From an uncultured Lentisphaerota bacterium (GTDB taxonomy: Bacteria; Verrucomicrobiota; Kiritimatiellia; CAIQIC01), in assembly GCA_903889245.1 (NCBI GenBank), contig CAISWQ010000028.1:70677-134676 (forward strand): a stretch of 64,000 nucleotides of DNA. Direction: 5' to 3'. A program made the translations under genes and the position numbers. Below the pieces are notes generated by a model. That model ran no database searches. It was not told where the DNA came from and worked only from the letters and a program-made list of their open reading frames with translations. This document shows, in pieces, positions 1-9,700 of this stretch; position 1 is the first letter of the stretch; the number at the start of each line of letters is the position of its first letter.

Positions 1-671
1 GCCGCTACGAGGACGAGACCAACCTGCGCGTCTATCTGATCATGGACCGCAGCGCCTCGATGGGCTACGCGCCGATCAACATCAGCAAGTACCAGTATGC
101 CTGCCGCCTCGCCGCCGCCATCGGCTACGTGGTGGTCAAGGTGCGCGACTCGATCGGCCTCTACCTCTTCTCCAACCAGATTGACGTGCAGATGGGCGCG
201 CGCAACTCGACCCAGCACCTGAACACGGTGCTGCGCGTGCTCGGCCAGCACAAGCCGGCCAACACCACCAACACGGCGCAGACGCTGCACCAGATCGCCG
301 ACTCGATCCAGAAGCGCGCGCTGATCGTCCTGCTCTCCGACCTGTTCGATGACCCCGACGCCATCATGAAGGCGCTGGCGCACTTCCGCAAACAGCACCA
401 CGACGTGATCCTCTTCCACATCCTCGACCAGACCGAGCTCGACCTCTCGTTCAACCGCCCGGCCGAGTTCATTGACCTGGAGACGAACGAGAAGCTGCTC
501 GTGGACCCGCGCGGCATCGCGCCCAGCTACCGCGAGACGATGAAGGAGTTCCTCGATAAGTACCAGGGCGCGTGCAACCAGATGAAGATTGACTACCGGC
601 TGATCAACACCAAGCAGGAGCCGGAGACGTTTCTCAAGGCCTACCTCGAGGAGCGCAAGCGATGTTCGTAG
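1..671 (+). CDS. DUF58 family protein (vWA-like), 5'-partial; reading frame enters from upstream of the window
   Basis: Frame is open from base 1 (RYEDETNLRVYLIMDRSASM...). The LIMDRSASM/ALIVLLSDLF pattern is typical of DUF58 vWA-like proteins of MoxR-DUF58-BatA operons. It overlaps the next gene by 10 nt (translational coupling). Confidence 0.75.
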   Translation, partial: RYEDETNLRVYLIMDRSASMGYAPINISKYQYACRLAAAIGYVVVKVRDSIGLYLFSNQIDVQMGARNSTQHLNTVLRVLGQHKPANTTNTAQTLHQIADSIQKRALIVLLSDLFDDPDAIMKALAHFRKQHHDVILFHILDQTELDLSFNRPAEFIDLETNEKLLVDPRGIAPSYRETMKEFLDKYQGACNQMKIDYRLINTKQEPETFLKAYLEERKRCS

Positions 672-2890
672 CCCCGCAATTCCTCTGGGCCACCGGCGCC
701 GCGGTCGTCCCGCTGCTGCTCCACCTGTTGAGCCGGCGCAAGACGGTCCGCATCTACTTCAGCACGCTCCGCTTCCTCAAGCTCGCGCAAAAACAATCCT
801 CGCGGCGCATCCGCCTGGAAAATTTCCTGCTCTGGCTGCTGCGCACGCTCCTGCTCCTGCTGATCGCCTTCGCCTTCGCGCAGCCGTTCATCCGCAGCCA
901 CTCCGGCGGCGGCTTCCTCAAGCGCACCAAGCGCGATGTCGCCATCGTCTGGGACGAATCGTTCTCGATGGGCTACGAGTCCAGCCGCGCGAACGTCTGG
1001 GAGGAATCGCGGCAGGCGATCCTCTCGCTCTTCGCCAAGCTCGAACCCGGCGACCGCGTCAGCCTCTACATGGCCGGCGAGGAACCGTTCCCGCTGATCG
1101 CCAAGCCCTCGGCCGAGCTCGATAAGATCACCACGCTCGTCAAGAACCGCCGCCCCTCCAACGGTTCCTCGCAGTTGCAACCCGCGATCCTCAAGGCCGT
1201 CGAGAGCCTGCGCGACTCCGGCCTGCGCGAGCGCGAGCTGTTCATCATCACCGATGGCCAGGCCGTGCCGTGGAGCCGCCTGGCGGTGGCCACACCCGTC
1301 GGCCAGACCAACGTGCCCGCCGCCGGCGCAGCCGCCACCAATGCGCCCGCCGCGACCACCAACGCGCCGGCCGCCGCCGGCAAGGACTGGCCGCCGCAGG
1401 AGTTGGTGGACAAAAAAATCCCCGTCTTCCTCACGCTCGTCGGCGTCAGCGCGCCGGAGAACGCCGCGCCGGTCCAGGTGGATGTCTATCCCGCGCTGCT
1501 CCGCTCCGATATCCCCGCACAGGTCTGGGTCCGCGTCGTCGCCAGCGGCCCGGAGCGCGATAGCTCCGTCACGCTCTACGTGGACGATAAGAAGATCGGC
1601 CAGCAGAACATCAAGCTCGGCAACAACCGCGTGGACGAGACCGCCATCGCGCTGCCGCCGCAGACGGTCGGCACGCACTTCGCCCGCCTCGAGACGCCGC
1701 GCGACGGCCTGCCGCTTGACGACGTCTTCAACTTCCTCGTCCGCGTGAAGGAAAAATTCCGCGTCCTCTCGGTCGGCACGCCGCAGGACCTGTTCTTCCT
1801 CGAACGCGCGCTCAACCCCGGCGGCCGCGCGGGCGGCTCGCTGGAAAACAAGACCGTCACCGCCGACGGCATGTTGCTGGAAAAACTCGACGATTTCTCC
1901 GCGATCTTCCTCTGCAACTGCGTCCCGCTCCCCGGCCAGGCGCTGCTGCAACTCGAACGCTACGTCCGCGACGGCGGCCTGCTGATCTTCGTCCCTGGCG
2001 ACCGCGGCCAGGCCGCCGACTACGCCAACATCATCAGCCTCCCTGCCAAGCCGCTCAAGCTCGAGGACTTCGCCACCAAGGACCAGCGCAAGACCATCCG
2101 CCTCGTCAAACCGCGCGACCCGATCTTCAGCTCCCTGCGGCTCCCGGCCGGCGCGGTCCCCGCCATCGCCATCCAGCGCGCGTTGCGCTGCGAGCCGGTG
2201 GATAAGAAGACCGAGGTCCTCCTCTCCGCCGATGCCGATCTGCCGTTCCTCTACAGCCGCAACTTCGGCCGCGGCCGCGTCCTGCTGCTGACCGTCAGCG
2301 CCGACCGCTCGTGGAGCACGCTGCCGCTCTCCTCGTTCTTCCTGCCGCTGATGCACCAGATGGTCCTCGCCGGCGCCGGCCAGGGCGAGCCGCCGCTCTC
2401 CACCTGGATCAGCAGCGACCTCGACCTCGGCCCGTTCCTCTCCGAGGCGCCGGAGGGCTCCAGCCTGCTCGGCCCCGACCGCGCCACGCTCCCCATCCGC
2501 CGCTTCATCAACAACAGCGTCACCACCCTCCACGCCGAGAACGTCGCGCAACCCGGCCTCTACCGCCTCGCCAAGCCCGGCGCCGAGACGACGCCCCTGC
2601 TCGCCATCAACGTCCCGCGCACCGAGTCTGACCTCGCGATGCTCCGGCCCGACGAGTTCCGCGCGCGCATGGGCCTGACCGACCTGTATGTGGCGCAGGG
2701 CAAGGAAGAACTCGCGCGCATCGTCGAGGAACACCGCGTCGGCAAGCCGCTGGGCGAGCAACTCCTCTGGGCCGCGCTGCTCATCGGCCTGCTCGAATGG
2801 CTGCTCGCCAACCGCGTCAACCGCAAGACGGCCAGCCTGACCTCGCGCCTGCTCGTCGAGGCCTCTGGCCGCGTCCACGCCCATACCTGA
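662..2890 (+). CDS. BatA-like aerotolerance-operon protein: N-terminal double-TM domain + vWA domain
   Basis: N-terminus AVVPLLLHLLSRRK... followed by hydrophobic LLWLLRTLLLLLIAF (BatA N-terminal domain signature), then vWA-like VAIVWDESFSMGY. Co-oriented and overlapping with the DUF58 gene. Confidence 0.75.
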   Translation: MFVAPQFLWATGAAVVPLLLHLLSRRKTVRIYFSTLRFLKLAQKQSSRRIRLENFLLWLLRTLLLLLIAFAFAQPFIRSHSGGGFLKRTKRDVAIVWDESFSMGYESSRANVWEESRQAILSLFAKLEPGDRVSLYMAGEEPFPLIAKPSAELDKITTLVKNRRPSNGSSQLQPAILKAVESLRDSGLRERELFIITDGQAVPWSRLAVATPVGQTNVPAAGAAATNAPAATTNAPAAAGKDWPPQELVDKKIPVFLTLVGVSAPENAAPVQVDVYPALLRSDIPAQVWVRVVASGPERDSSVTLYVDDKKIGQQNIKLGNNRVDETAIALPPQTVGTHFARLETPRDGLPLDDVFNFLVRVKEKFRVLSVGTPQDLFFLERALNPGGRAGGSLENKTVTADGMLLEKLDDFSAIFLCNCVPLPGQALLQLERYVRDGGLLIFVPGDRGQAADYANIISLPAKPLKLEDFATKDQRKTIRLVKPRDPIFSSLRLPAGAVPAIAIQRALRCEPVDKKTEVLLSADADLPFLYSRNFGRGRVLLLTVSADRSWSTLPLSSFFLPLMHQMVLAGAGQGEPPLSTWISSDLDLGPFLSEAPEGSSLLGPDRATLPIRRFINNSVTTLHAENVAQPGLYRLAKPGAETTPLLAINVPRTESDLAMLRPDEFRARMGLTDLYVAQGKEELARIVEEHRVGKPLGEQLLWAALLIGLLEWLLANRVNRKTASLTSRLLVEASGRVHAHT

Positions 2891-3049
2891 CCCCGCGTCC
2901 CAACCCGGACCGTTTTGCCCGCGCCCTCAGGTACGCAATAAACAATCACCTTTGGGGCAACACGCCGTGGAGACGCGACCCTAGGCCCCTGGTTCTCATC
3001 GCGGTACCCCGGACGGCGGACTCGCCCCACGCACGCCCGCCGTCCTTTT

Positions 3050-3092
3050 TCCGGGGCTTGGAAAATACAACGGGAAAATTTCCAAGGTTTGG
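3050..3092. repeat. TTCCAAG-n-CTTGGAA palindrome pair upstream of kinase 3226
   Basis: ggcttggaaaatac...aaaatttccaaggtttggaaaaa. Confidence 0.6.
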
Positions 3093-3225
3093 AAAAACAA
3101 GACCGGCACGGGCAGCCTGCGGGTTGAGGGTCGGGCGTAAAAAGGATAGCCAACCCCCAAGGGGGAAGATATTCTGCGCGCCAAGTTGGTCATGATGTAC
3201 GGTGACAGGTGAAGGGAGCGGCAGG

Positions 3226-5709
3226 ATGAGTGATGAGCGATCCTTGAGTTCGATGCCCACGCAGCCGCGCGGGAACAAGCCGTCCAAGCCGGGCGCGAAC
3301 CTGATGCCCGGCGAGGAAGACCTTAGCGCCGCCCCGACCAGCCCCAAACCGGACGCCCTCTCACGCCGCTTCAAAAAAGGCGAGGTCCTGCTGCGGCGTT
3401 ATCGCGTGGAGGGCGAACTGGGCCAGGGCGGCATGGGGGTGGTCTATCGGTGCTACGACGAAACGGGCGGCATCGAGGTGGCGCTCAAGGCGCTGCCCCC
3501 GGATCTCTCGCACAACAGCAACGAGATGGAGGAGGTCCGCGAAAATTTCCAGCTCGTGGAGAAGTTGCACCAGCGCAATATCGCGGCGATCAAGACCCTG
3601 GAGCGCGACGACGAAGGCAACTACTACCTCGTGATGGAATGCGTGGCCGGCATGAACCTGCGCCAGTGGCGCCGGGCCGAGCTGAAAAACCTGGCCCTGG
3701 TCGCCGGCCCCAAGCCGCCCCAGGTGCTGGACATCAAAACCGTGCTGCCGCTCGTGCGCCAGATCGCGGTGGCGCTCGATTATGCGCACGAGCAGCGGAT
3801 CATCCACCGGGATATCAAGCCTTCCAACATCATGGTGGCCGCCGACGGCGGGGTGAAGGTGCTGGACTTCGGGCTGGCCGCCCAGATGCATTCCTCGCGT
3901 TCGCGCATCAGCCAGGTACACTTCGGCACGAGCGGCACCGGCCCCTACATGGCCCCCGAACAGTGGGAGGGGCAATACCAGGACGCGGCGACCGATCAAT
4001 ATGCCCTGGCCGCCACGACCTATGAACTGCTGGCGGGGAACGCGCCCTTCGAGGGCCACGAAATTTCCATCCTGCGCGAGGCCGTGCTCCGCACGGCGCC
4101 GGCGCGGATTCCCGGCCTTGCGGAGGTCGTATGGGCCGCGTTGCAGAAGGGACTGGCCAAACGGCGCGAGGAGCGCTTTGCCTCCTGTGCGGATTTCGTG
4201 GACGCGTTGGCAGGGCAGAAGCCGCAGCAGATGCCCGCCGCGCCGCCACCGCCGCCACTACCTCCGCCCCGCCCAATGCCGCAGGCGCGGAAGGGCGTGC
4301 CGGCCTGGGCTGTGGCCGCGGCGATCCTCGTCGCGGGCGGACTGGCCGCCTATTGGCTGCTGCCCGGTCAGCAAGCCACCGCGCCGGCGAAGGTCACCCA
4401 ACAAGCCGGTGGCGCCAGCACGGAATCCACTGCCGCGCCAGCGGTCACGTTGGCCGAGGTTGCGTCCGTGCGCAGCGCGGCCGAGCTCAAATGGTCGCGG
4501 GTCCAAACACTGGAACGGAACTCGATCCTGGGCGCGCGGATGGATGGCGCCGAAGTCATGCGTGGCGCCGCGCAAATCTTCTTCGACAACAAGGAGTATG
4601 CGCTGGCGTTGGAGAAATACCGGCAGTTCAGCGCGGCATGCGATGCCCTGCTGGCCACGGCCGAGCCGCGGTCCTCGGTGAAAACCAAACGCGGCACCAC
4701 GACCGCCTCGCGCTATGGCATGGGGACACAACAGCCGGTCCGTCCGGTCGAGCCAACCAAAGATCCGCAGGCGACGCTGGTGGAGGATGTGCTACGCAAA
4801 CAAAAATCTGCCGCAGCGGCGCGCGAGAAGCTGGTCACGCTCAACCGGGAATACGGCTTTGGCGCCAGTCTGGAGCGGGCGGAACTGCTCTGGCAGGCGG
4901 CGGAGACCGCGCGCAACGCGCAGCAGTGGAGCGAGGCCGGCGGCGGCTATGAAAAATATGTGGCGGAAAGCCAGCGGTTGCAGGAACTCGATGGCCAGCG
5001 GCAACAGGCGCTGACCGCCGCGCATCAGGCCAGCGCCGCCAAACAGTCGGCCGCGCTGGCGGGCGCGGCGGAATGTGTGGCGGAGCAATGGGCGCCCATC
5101 GTCGAGGCCCTGCGCAGCGCCGATAAACTGCTCGAACAGGGTCTGTTTGCCGACGCGGAGCGCAGCTATCAAACCACCGCGCGCAACCTGGCCGCGCTGG
5201 AGCAGACCGCCAGACAGCACAGGGCCTATCGTCAGGCCAGGAGCGACTACGAGGCGGCACTGGCTCAAGCCAACATCAGCCGGCTGAATGAATATGGCGG
5301 CGAAGCGTGGGCGGCGGCCCGGTTGCAGGCGCAACTCGGAGCCAGCCGCAGCAATGATCCCGCCGGCGGCCTGACCTATTATCAGCAAGCCTTGGCCAAG
5401 CTGCCCACCGCCATCGCCGCGGCGGAAGCCGGGCCGAGGAAGACGGTGGGAACGCCCTCCCTTGCGCCCGCCGGCACCATGCCGGCCGTGGCCGGCAAAC
5501 GCGTCTGCCCGACCTGCCAAGGCGCCAAGACGGTGGAGAACTTCAACAAGCAGAATTGCAGCGCGTGTGGCGGCCGCGGCGTCTATGCGACGCAGGTGGG
5601 CGCGCGGCGCGGTGCGGCGGTTTCCAACTGCCCGTTCTGTAGCGGGACCGGGAAAGGCAAGTCGGTGCGCGTCACCTGCGGAACCTGTGGCGGCACGGGT
5701 TCCCTTTGA
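3226..5709 (+). CDS. Ser/Thr protein kinase (Hanks-type) with TM segment, coiled-coil region and C-terminal DnaJ-type CxxCxGxG zinc-finger repeats
   Basis: GxGxxG (LGQGGMGVVY), VAIK-like EVALKAL, HRDIKPSN, DFG and MAPEQ motifs are all present. C-terminus has CPTCQGAKTV...CSACGGRGV...CPFCSGTGKG...CGTCGGTG. A GGAG ribosome-binding site lies upstream of the ATG at 3226; the ORF also allows a start at 3202. Confidence 0.85.
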   Translation: MSDERSLSSMPTQPRGNKPSKPGANLMPGEEDLSAAPTSPKPDALSRRFKKGEVLLRRYRVEGELGQGGMGVVYRCYDETGGIEVALKALPPDLSHNSNEMEEVRENFQLVEKLHQRNIAAIKTLERDDEGNYYLVMECVAGMNLRQWRRAELKNLALVAGPKPPQVLDIKTVLPLVRQIAVALDYAHEQRIIHRDIKPSNIMVAADGGVKVLDFGLAAQMHSSRSRISQVHFGTSGTGPYMAPEQWEGQYQDAATDQYALAATTYELLAGNAPFEGHEISILREAVLRTAPARIPGLAEVVWAALQKGLAKRREERFASCADFVDALAGQKPQQMPAAPPPPPLPPPRPMPQARKGVPAWAVAAAILVAGGLAAYWLLPGQQATAPAKVTQQAGGASTESTAAPAVTLAEVASVRSAAELKWSRVQTLERNSILGARMDGAEVMRGAAQIFFDNKEYALALEKYRQFSAACDALLATAEPRSSVKTKRGTTTASRYGMGTQQPVRPVEPTKDPQATLVEDVLRKQKSAAAAREKLVTLNREYGFGASLERAELLWQAAETARNAQQWSEAGGGYEKYVAESQRLQELDGQRQQALTAAHQASAAKQSAALAGAAECVAEQWAPIVEALRSADKLLEQGLFADAERSYQTTARNLAALEQTARQHRAYRQARSDYEAALAQANISRLNEYGGEAWAAARLQAQLGASRSNDPAGGLTYYQQALAKLPTAIAAAEAGPRKTVGTPSLAPAGTMPAVAGKRVCPTCQGAKTVENFNKQNCSACGGRGVYATQVGARRGAAVSNCPFCSGTGKGKSVRVTCGTCGGTGSL

Positions 5710-5814
5710 GGGTCGAGGCGGGCGGGTCCGGGTGTTGTGCCGGCGGCTGGGTGCCACGGCGGGTCAAATCCAAGGGGGGAACGAGGCTTATTCTGTGATT
5801 TATTTTGTTTATAT

Positions 5815-5850
5815 TTGTTATTGCATATTGTTTTCTTGTGTGTAGAATGG
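5815..5850 (+). promoter_or_regulatory. Sigma70-like promoter in a ~60-bp AT-rich island upstream of gene 5873
   Basis: TTGCAT (5818..5823), an 18-bp spacer, then TAGAAT (5842..5847). It sits in an AT-rich island (5790..5850) within a ~65%-GC background, and AAGGA lies 8 nt before the ATG. Confidence 0.55.
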
Positions 5851-5872
5851 CGCCGCAACAAAGGACCGGACC

Positions 5873-6706
5873 ATGAAAGGATTGCTGGGTTTGTTCTCGC
5901 TGAAGACGCTGGCGCTCGTGATGGGCGTCTTCCTCGGCTGGCAGGCGCTCGTCTTTTTCCGCGCCCGCCCGCCCGCCTACACAGAGGCCCAGCAGCAGGC
6001 GCTGGCCGCGACGTGCCAGGACTTCGCCCGCCAGTTGGCCGGCAAGCTGAACGCGGCGCCCGTGCGCGTCGGCGTCGCCCACCTCTTCGGCGACGATCGC
6101 GATACCGCCACCACGCTGCTGCGCGCGGCCGTGGCGAGCCTCCCCGGCTGCCGGATCGAGGAACAGTCGGTCATCCAGAAATTTCTCGCCGATATCAGCC
6201 GCGCCGTGGCCGAGGCCACCAGCCTCGACGAAATTTTCACCGCCGGCCGCAAGGTGGAGTTGGACGTGGTGATCGCCGGGCGCGTGGCGTCGGTGGTGGC
6301 CGCGCCGGAGGGCGGCGCGCGCGCGACGCTCGCGCTCTATGCCTATGACGTGCGGCATGGCGGCTGGCTGGTGAAGGATTCCTTTTCCGCGCAGTGGCAG
6401 CCGGGCGTGATGGAGCGCATTCGCGCGCTGCCGCTCTGGCTCCGGCTGGGTTTCTGGGCGCTGCTCGCCGGCCTGCTGCCGTGGCTGACCGCCTTCGCCA
6501 CGCGCTGGGCGTTGGAGAAGAAGGACAACCTCTCCAGTATCATCATCATCACCTGCTACACGCTGGCCGATGTCCTGCTCGCGCTCGCTTTTTCCGTCAT
6601 CCGGCTGGGCCACGGCTGGCTCGCGCCCGCGCTGGTGCTGCTGCTTTGCGTGGCCTGGAACTATCGTGCTTGTGAGCGCCTGGCCAAACAGGAAGGAGCA
6701 GTCTGA
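5873..6706 (+). CDS. Membrane protein with N-terminal TM anchor and a C-terminal 3-TM module ending in YNxxACExLA (shared with kinase 28790..30262)
   Basis: Hydrophobic N-terminus. C-terminal DVLLALAFSV...LLLCVAWNYRACERLAK is homologous to DVLLALPFGL...LLAGCLGYNIWACETLAARK of the minus-strand kinase. A sigma70-like promoter sits in an AT-rich island upstream, and the stop codon abuts the ATG of the next kinase. Confidence 0.7.
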   Translation: MKGLLGLFSLKTLALVMGVFLGWQALVFFRARPPAYTEAQQQALAATCQDFARQLAGKLNAAPVRVGVAHLFGDDRDTATTLLRAAVASLPGCRIEEQSVIQKFLADISRAVAEATSLDEIFTAGRKVELDVVIAGRVASVVAAPEGGARATLALYAYDVRHGGWLVKDSFSAQWQPGVMERIRALPLWLRLGFWALLAGLLPWLTAFATRWALEKKDNLSSIIIITCYTLADVLLALAFSVIRLGHGWLAPALVLLLCVAWNYRACERLAKQEGAV

Positions 6707-9700
6707 ATGAAATCCTTTGAAGAAAGCCTGGGGAGCAGTCCAACGCTGACCGGCGCGCCGACCAAGGCCACCGCGACGCTGGAGGCTGACGCGGTGCTGG
6801 GCAGCTACCGGATCGTGCGGCTGCTCGGCGCGGGCGGGATGGGCGCGGTCTATCTGGCCGAGCACATCCAGTTCAAGACGCGGCACGCGCTCAAGACCAT
6901 CCGGCCGGAATTCGCCAAGCAGCAGAACTTCGCCGAGCGCTTCCAGCGCGAAGCCAAGCTGGCGACGCGGCTCAAGCATCCGCATATCGTCGCCTGCACG
7001 GAGACTGGTGTTGCGGAAGGCACACCCTATCTGGTGATGGACTATGTCGAAGGCCCGGCCGGCGAACCGCTGAACCTGCGCCAGTTGCTCGATCAGCGCC
7101 GCGAGCGCGGCGATCTGCTCGGCGAGGACGAGGCCGCCGCCGTCGGCTTGGAAATCTGCAAGGCGCTGGATTATGCCCACAGCTATCGCGACGCCGAGAT
7201 CCCCAACGGCATCATCCATCGCGACCTGAAGCCCGCCAACATCCTTCTCGATAAGGACACCAAGCTCTACATCGCCGACTTCGGTTTGGCGCGGATGCTC
7301 GGCGAGAAGTACGAGGAGAGCATCGTGCAGGCCCACTCGCTCTCGCTCGGAGAACAGGCGACGCTCGGCAAGCCGGTCTCGGTCAGCGCCGACACCGTCG
7401 GGACCTTTGACTACATGAGCCCGGAGCAGCGCGAGGGTCGCACCGCTGACGCGCGCAGCGATGTGTATGCGATGGGCGTGATTCTCTATGAACTGCTGAC
7501 CGGCCGCAAAGTGATCGGGGTTCCCAAACCGCCCAGCCAAGTGCGCCCCGGCCTGGACCCGATATGGGACGACATTATCCTGTCACGCTGTTTAGCCTAC
7601 GAGCCGGAGGAACGCTATGCCACGGCGGGCATGATGTGCCGCGCGATCGAGGGAGTCCGCTCCAAGTCGAACCTTGCGCAACAGACCGCCACCGGTTTCC
7701 AAGCCTTGGAAAAACCAGCGCCAACGTTTTCCAACCATGGGAAACCAATGGCCATTAAAGGTCTGGCCCTCGCCGCTGTTTTGGTCGGAGCGGGCTTGGC
7801 CGCGTGGTGGTTGAGGGAGCTGCTTCCGCAGACCTCCTCGCCGGTTACAAACGCGGTTCAGGCCGCAGCGCTCCTGCCGCCCGCGCCGACGACGAACCCG
7901 GTTGTGACATCAACAGTTAAAACACCGGCTACGGCCCCCGCGCCTGCGGTGAAGATGGAATTTGCAGCTATCTCCATTACCTGTTCGGAACCCGCGCGCA
8001 TTCTGCCCTTGGAGGTTGGCCAACCGACGGTATACGATTTACCACACCACAAACTGCAAGTCGTGAGCCCGGGATTGTCCGGCTGTCAGCTTCTGGCAGT
8101 TCCACTCCAAAAGGTCATCACCTTTGAGATACGCGTAAACCAAGACGGGGTTCTCTATGTCATTGGGAGTGGTAAGAAATCGCTGCGTTCCCTCGGCAAC
8201 GAAGAAAGCGCAAAGTGGGAGGATGCTACCGGCATGATTAGCGGTGCGGCGGTCAACCTCTGCCTCCGTCGCAAGGCTGTCCGCGGCGAAATTATCCAGT
8301 TGCAAGGGACCGATCTGCGTTTTGTGGCCAAAAGCATCGAGGTTGTGTCTGACGAGAAACCGGAATCCCTCACGAAGCCAGCTGCGCCGTCACCCGCAGT
8401 CGTGCCGCAGCCCGCTGTGCAACCCGGCCAACAATGGACCAACAGCCTCGGCATGGTTTTCGTGCCGGTGCCGGGGACGAAGGTGCAGTTCTCAATCTGG
8501 GATACGCGCGTTCAGGACTACCAAGCCTTCGTCACCGCCACGGGCCGCACGTGGGAAAAACCTAACTTCGGGCAAGGTCCGATGCACCCGGCAGTCAACG
8601 TCAGTTGGGATGATGCCAAGGCTTTCTGTGCATGGCTAACGGAGAAAGAGCGACGCTCTGGCACGTTGGTCGCTCCCCGGCGATACCGTTTACCGACGGA
8701 TCTTGAGTGGAGTGTTGCTGTAGGTTTGGGGAACGAATCCGGGGCCACACCACAAGAGAGGGATGGCAAAATCCGCGGCGTTTACCCGTGGGGTACGCAA
8801 TGGCCTCCACCATCTAGCGCTGGCAACTTTTTTGTGAAGAAATCCAAGGCTGGCAAGGTTGATGACTTCTATAATACCAGCCCTGTGGATAGCTTCGCTG
8901 CCAACCGCTTCGGTCTCTATGATATGGGTGGGAATGTCTGGCAGTGGTGCGAGGATTTCTATGATGGGCAGAACGGTGCGCGTGTGTTGCGTGGCGGGGC
9001 ATGGAAGAGTTTAGGTGGCGGCGGAAATGAACCCGACCTTTTCTTGTCTTCTCGTCGCACCCACTCGCCCCCCATGAAGGGCAACAGCTATCGTGGGTTT
9101 CGTTGTGTGCTGGCAGATGAGGGGATGACTGCGTCGCAAACTCCGTCAGGCGCAACCAACACGGTGGTCAGTTTGCCAGCGCCAACACCCGCTGTAGTTT
9201 CATCGCCCTCCATTGTGCAGTCCGGCCAGCGATGGACCAATAGCCTTGGCATGGTCTTCGTGCCGGTGCCGGGGACGAAGGTACTGTTTAGTATCTGGGA
9301 GACGCGTATGAGGGACTACGCCGCCTATGCGCGTGCAAACCACAACGTGGATAATAATTGGCAACAGGCCTCGTACTATGGGGTGAAGGTAAGCGATGGT
9401 CCCGAGTATCCAGTTAGCGACGTTAGCTGGGCTCATGCAAAAGTGTTTTGTCTGTGGTTGAGAGAGAAGGAACAGAAGGAGGGCGTGCTTGGGCCTAATC
9501 AAAAATATCGCTTGCCGACCGATTTGGAATGGAGCACAGCGGTTGGTTTGGAAGTTGAAGTAGGGCGCACTCCAAGGGAGCGCCATAGGCGCACCGGCAA
9601 TGAATACCCATGGGGCACGCAATGGCCACCGCCACGAAGTGTCGGTAACTACGCGGATCAAACCGCCAAGGTCGGACTGTTGTATCCAAGCGACAAGTCT

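Noticed and set aside
641-2884. 747-aa antisense ORF covering the BatA-like gene; similar long antisense ORFs at 5672..7540, 10358..11929, 17374..18597, 30558..32918, 47715..48812 and 60878..63019
   Set aside because: Their translations are Arg/Ala/Gly-rich low-complexity strings without motifs. They sit exactly opposite genes with strong domain evidence, and in ~65%-GC DNA stop codons are rare on the antisense strand, so these are compositional artefacts.
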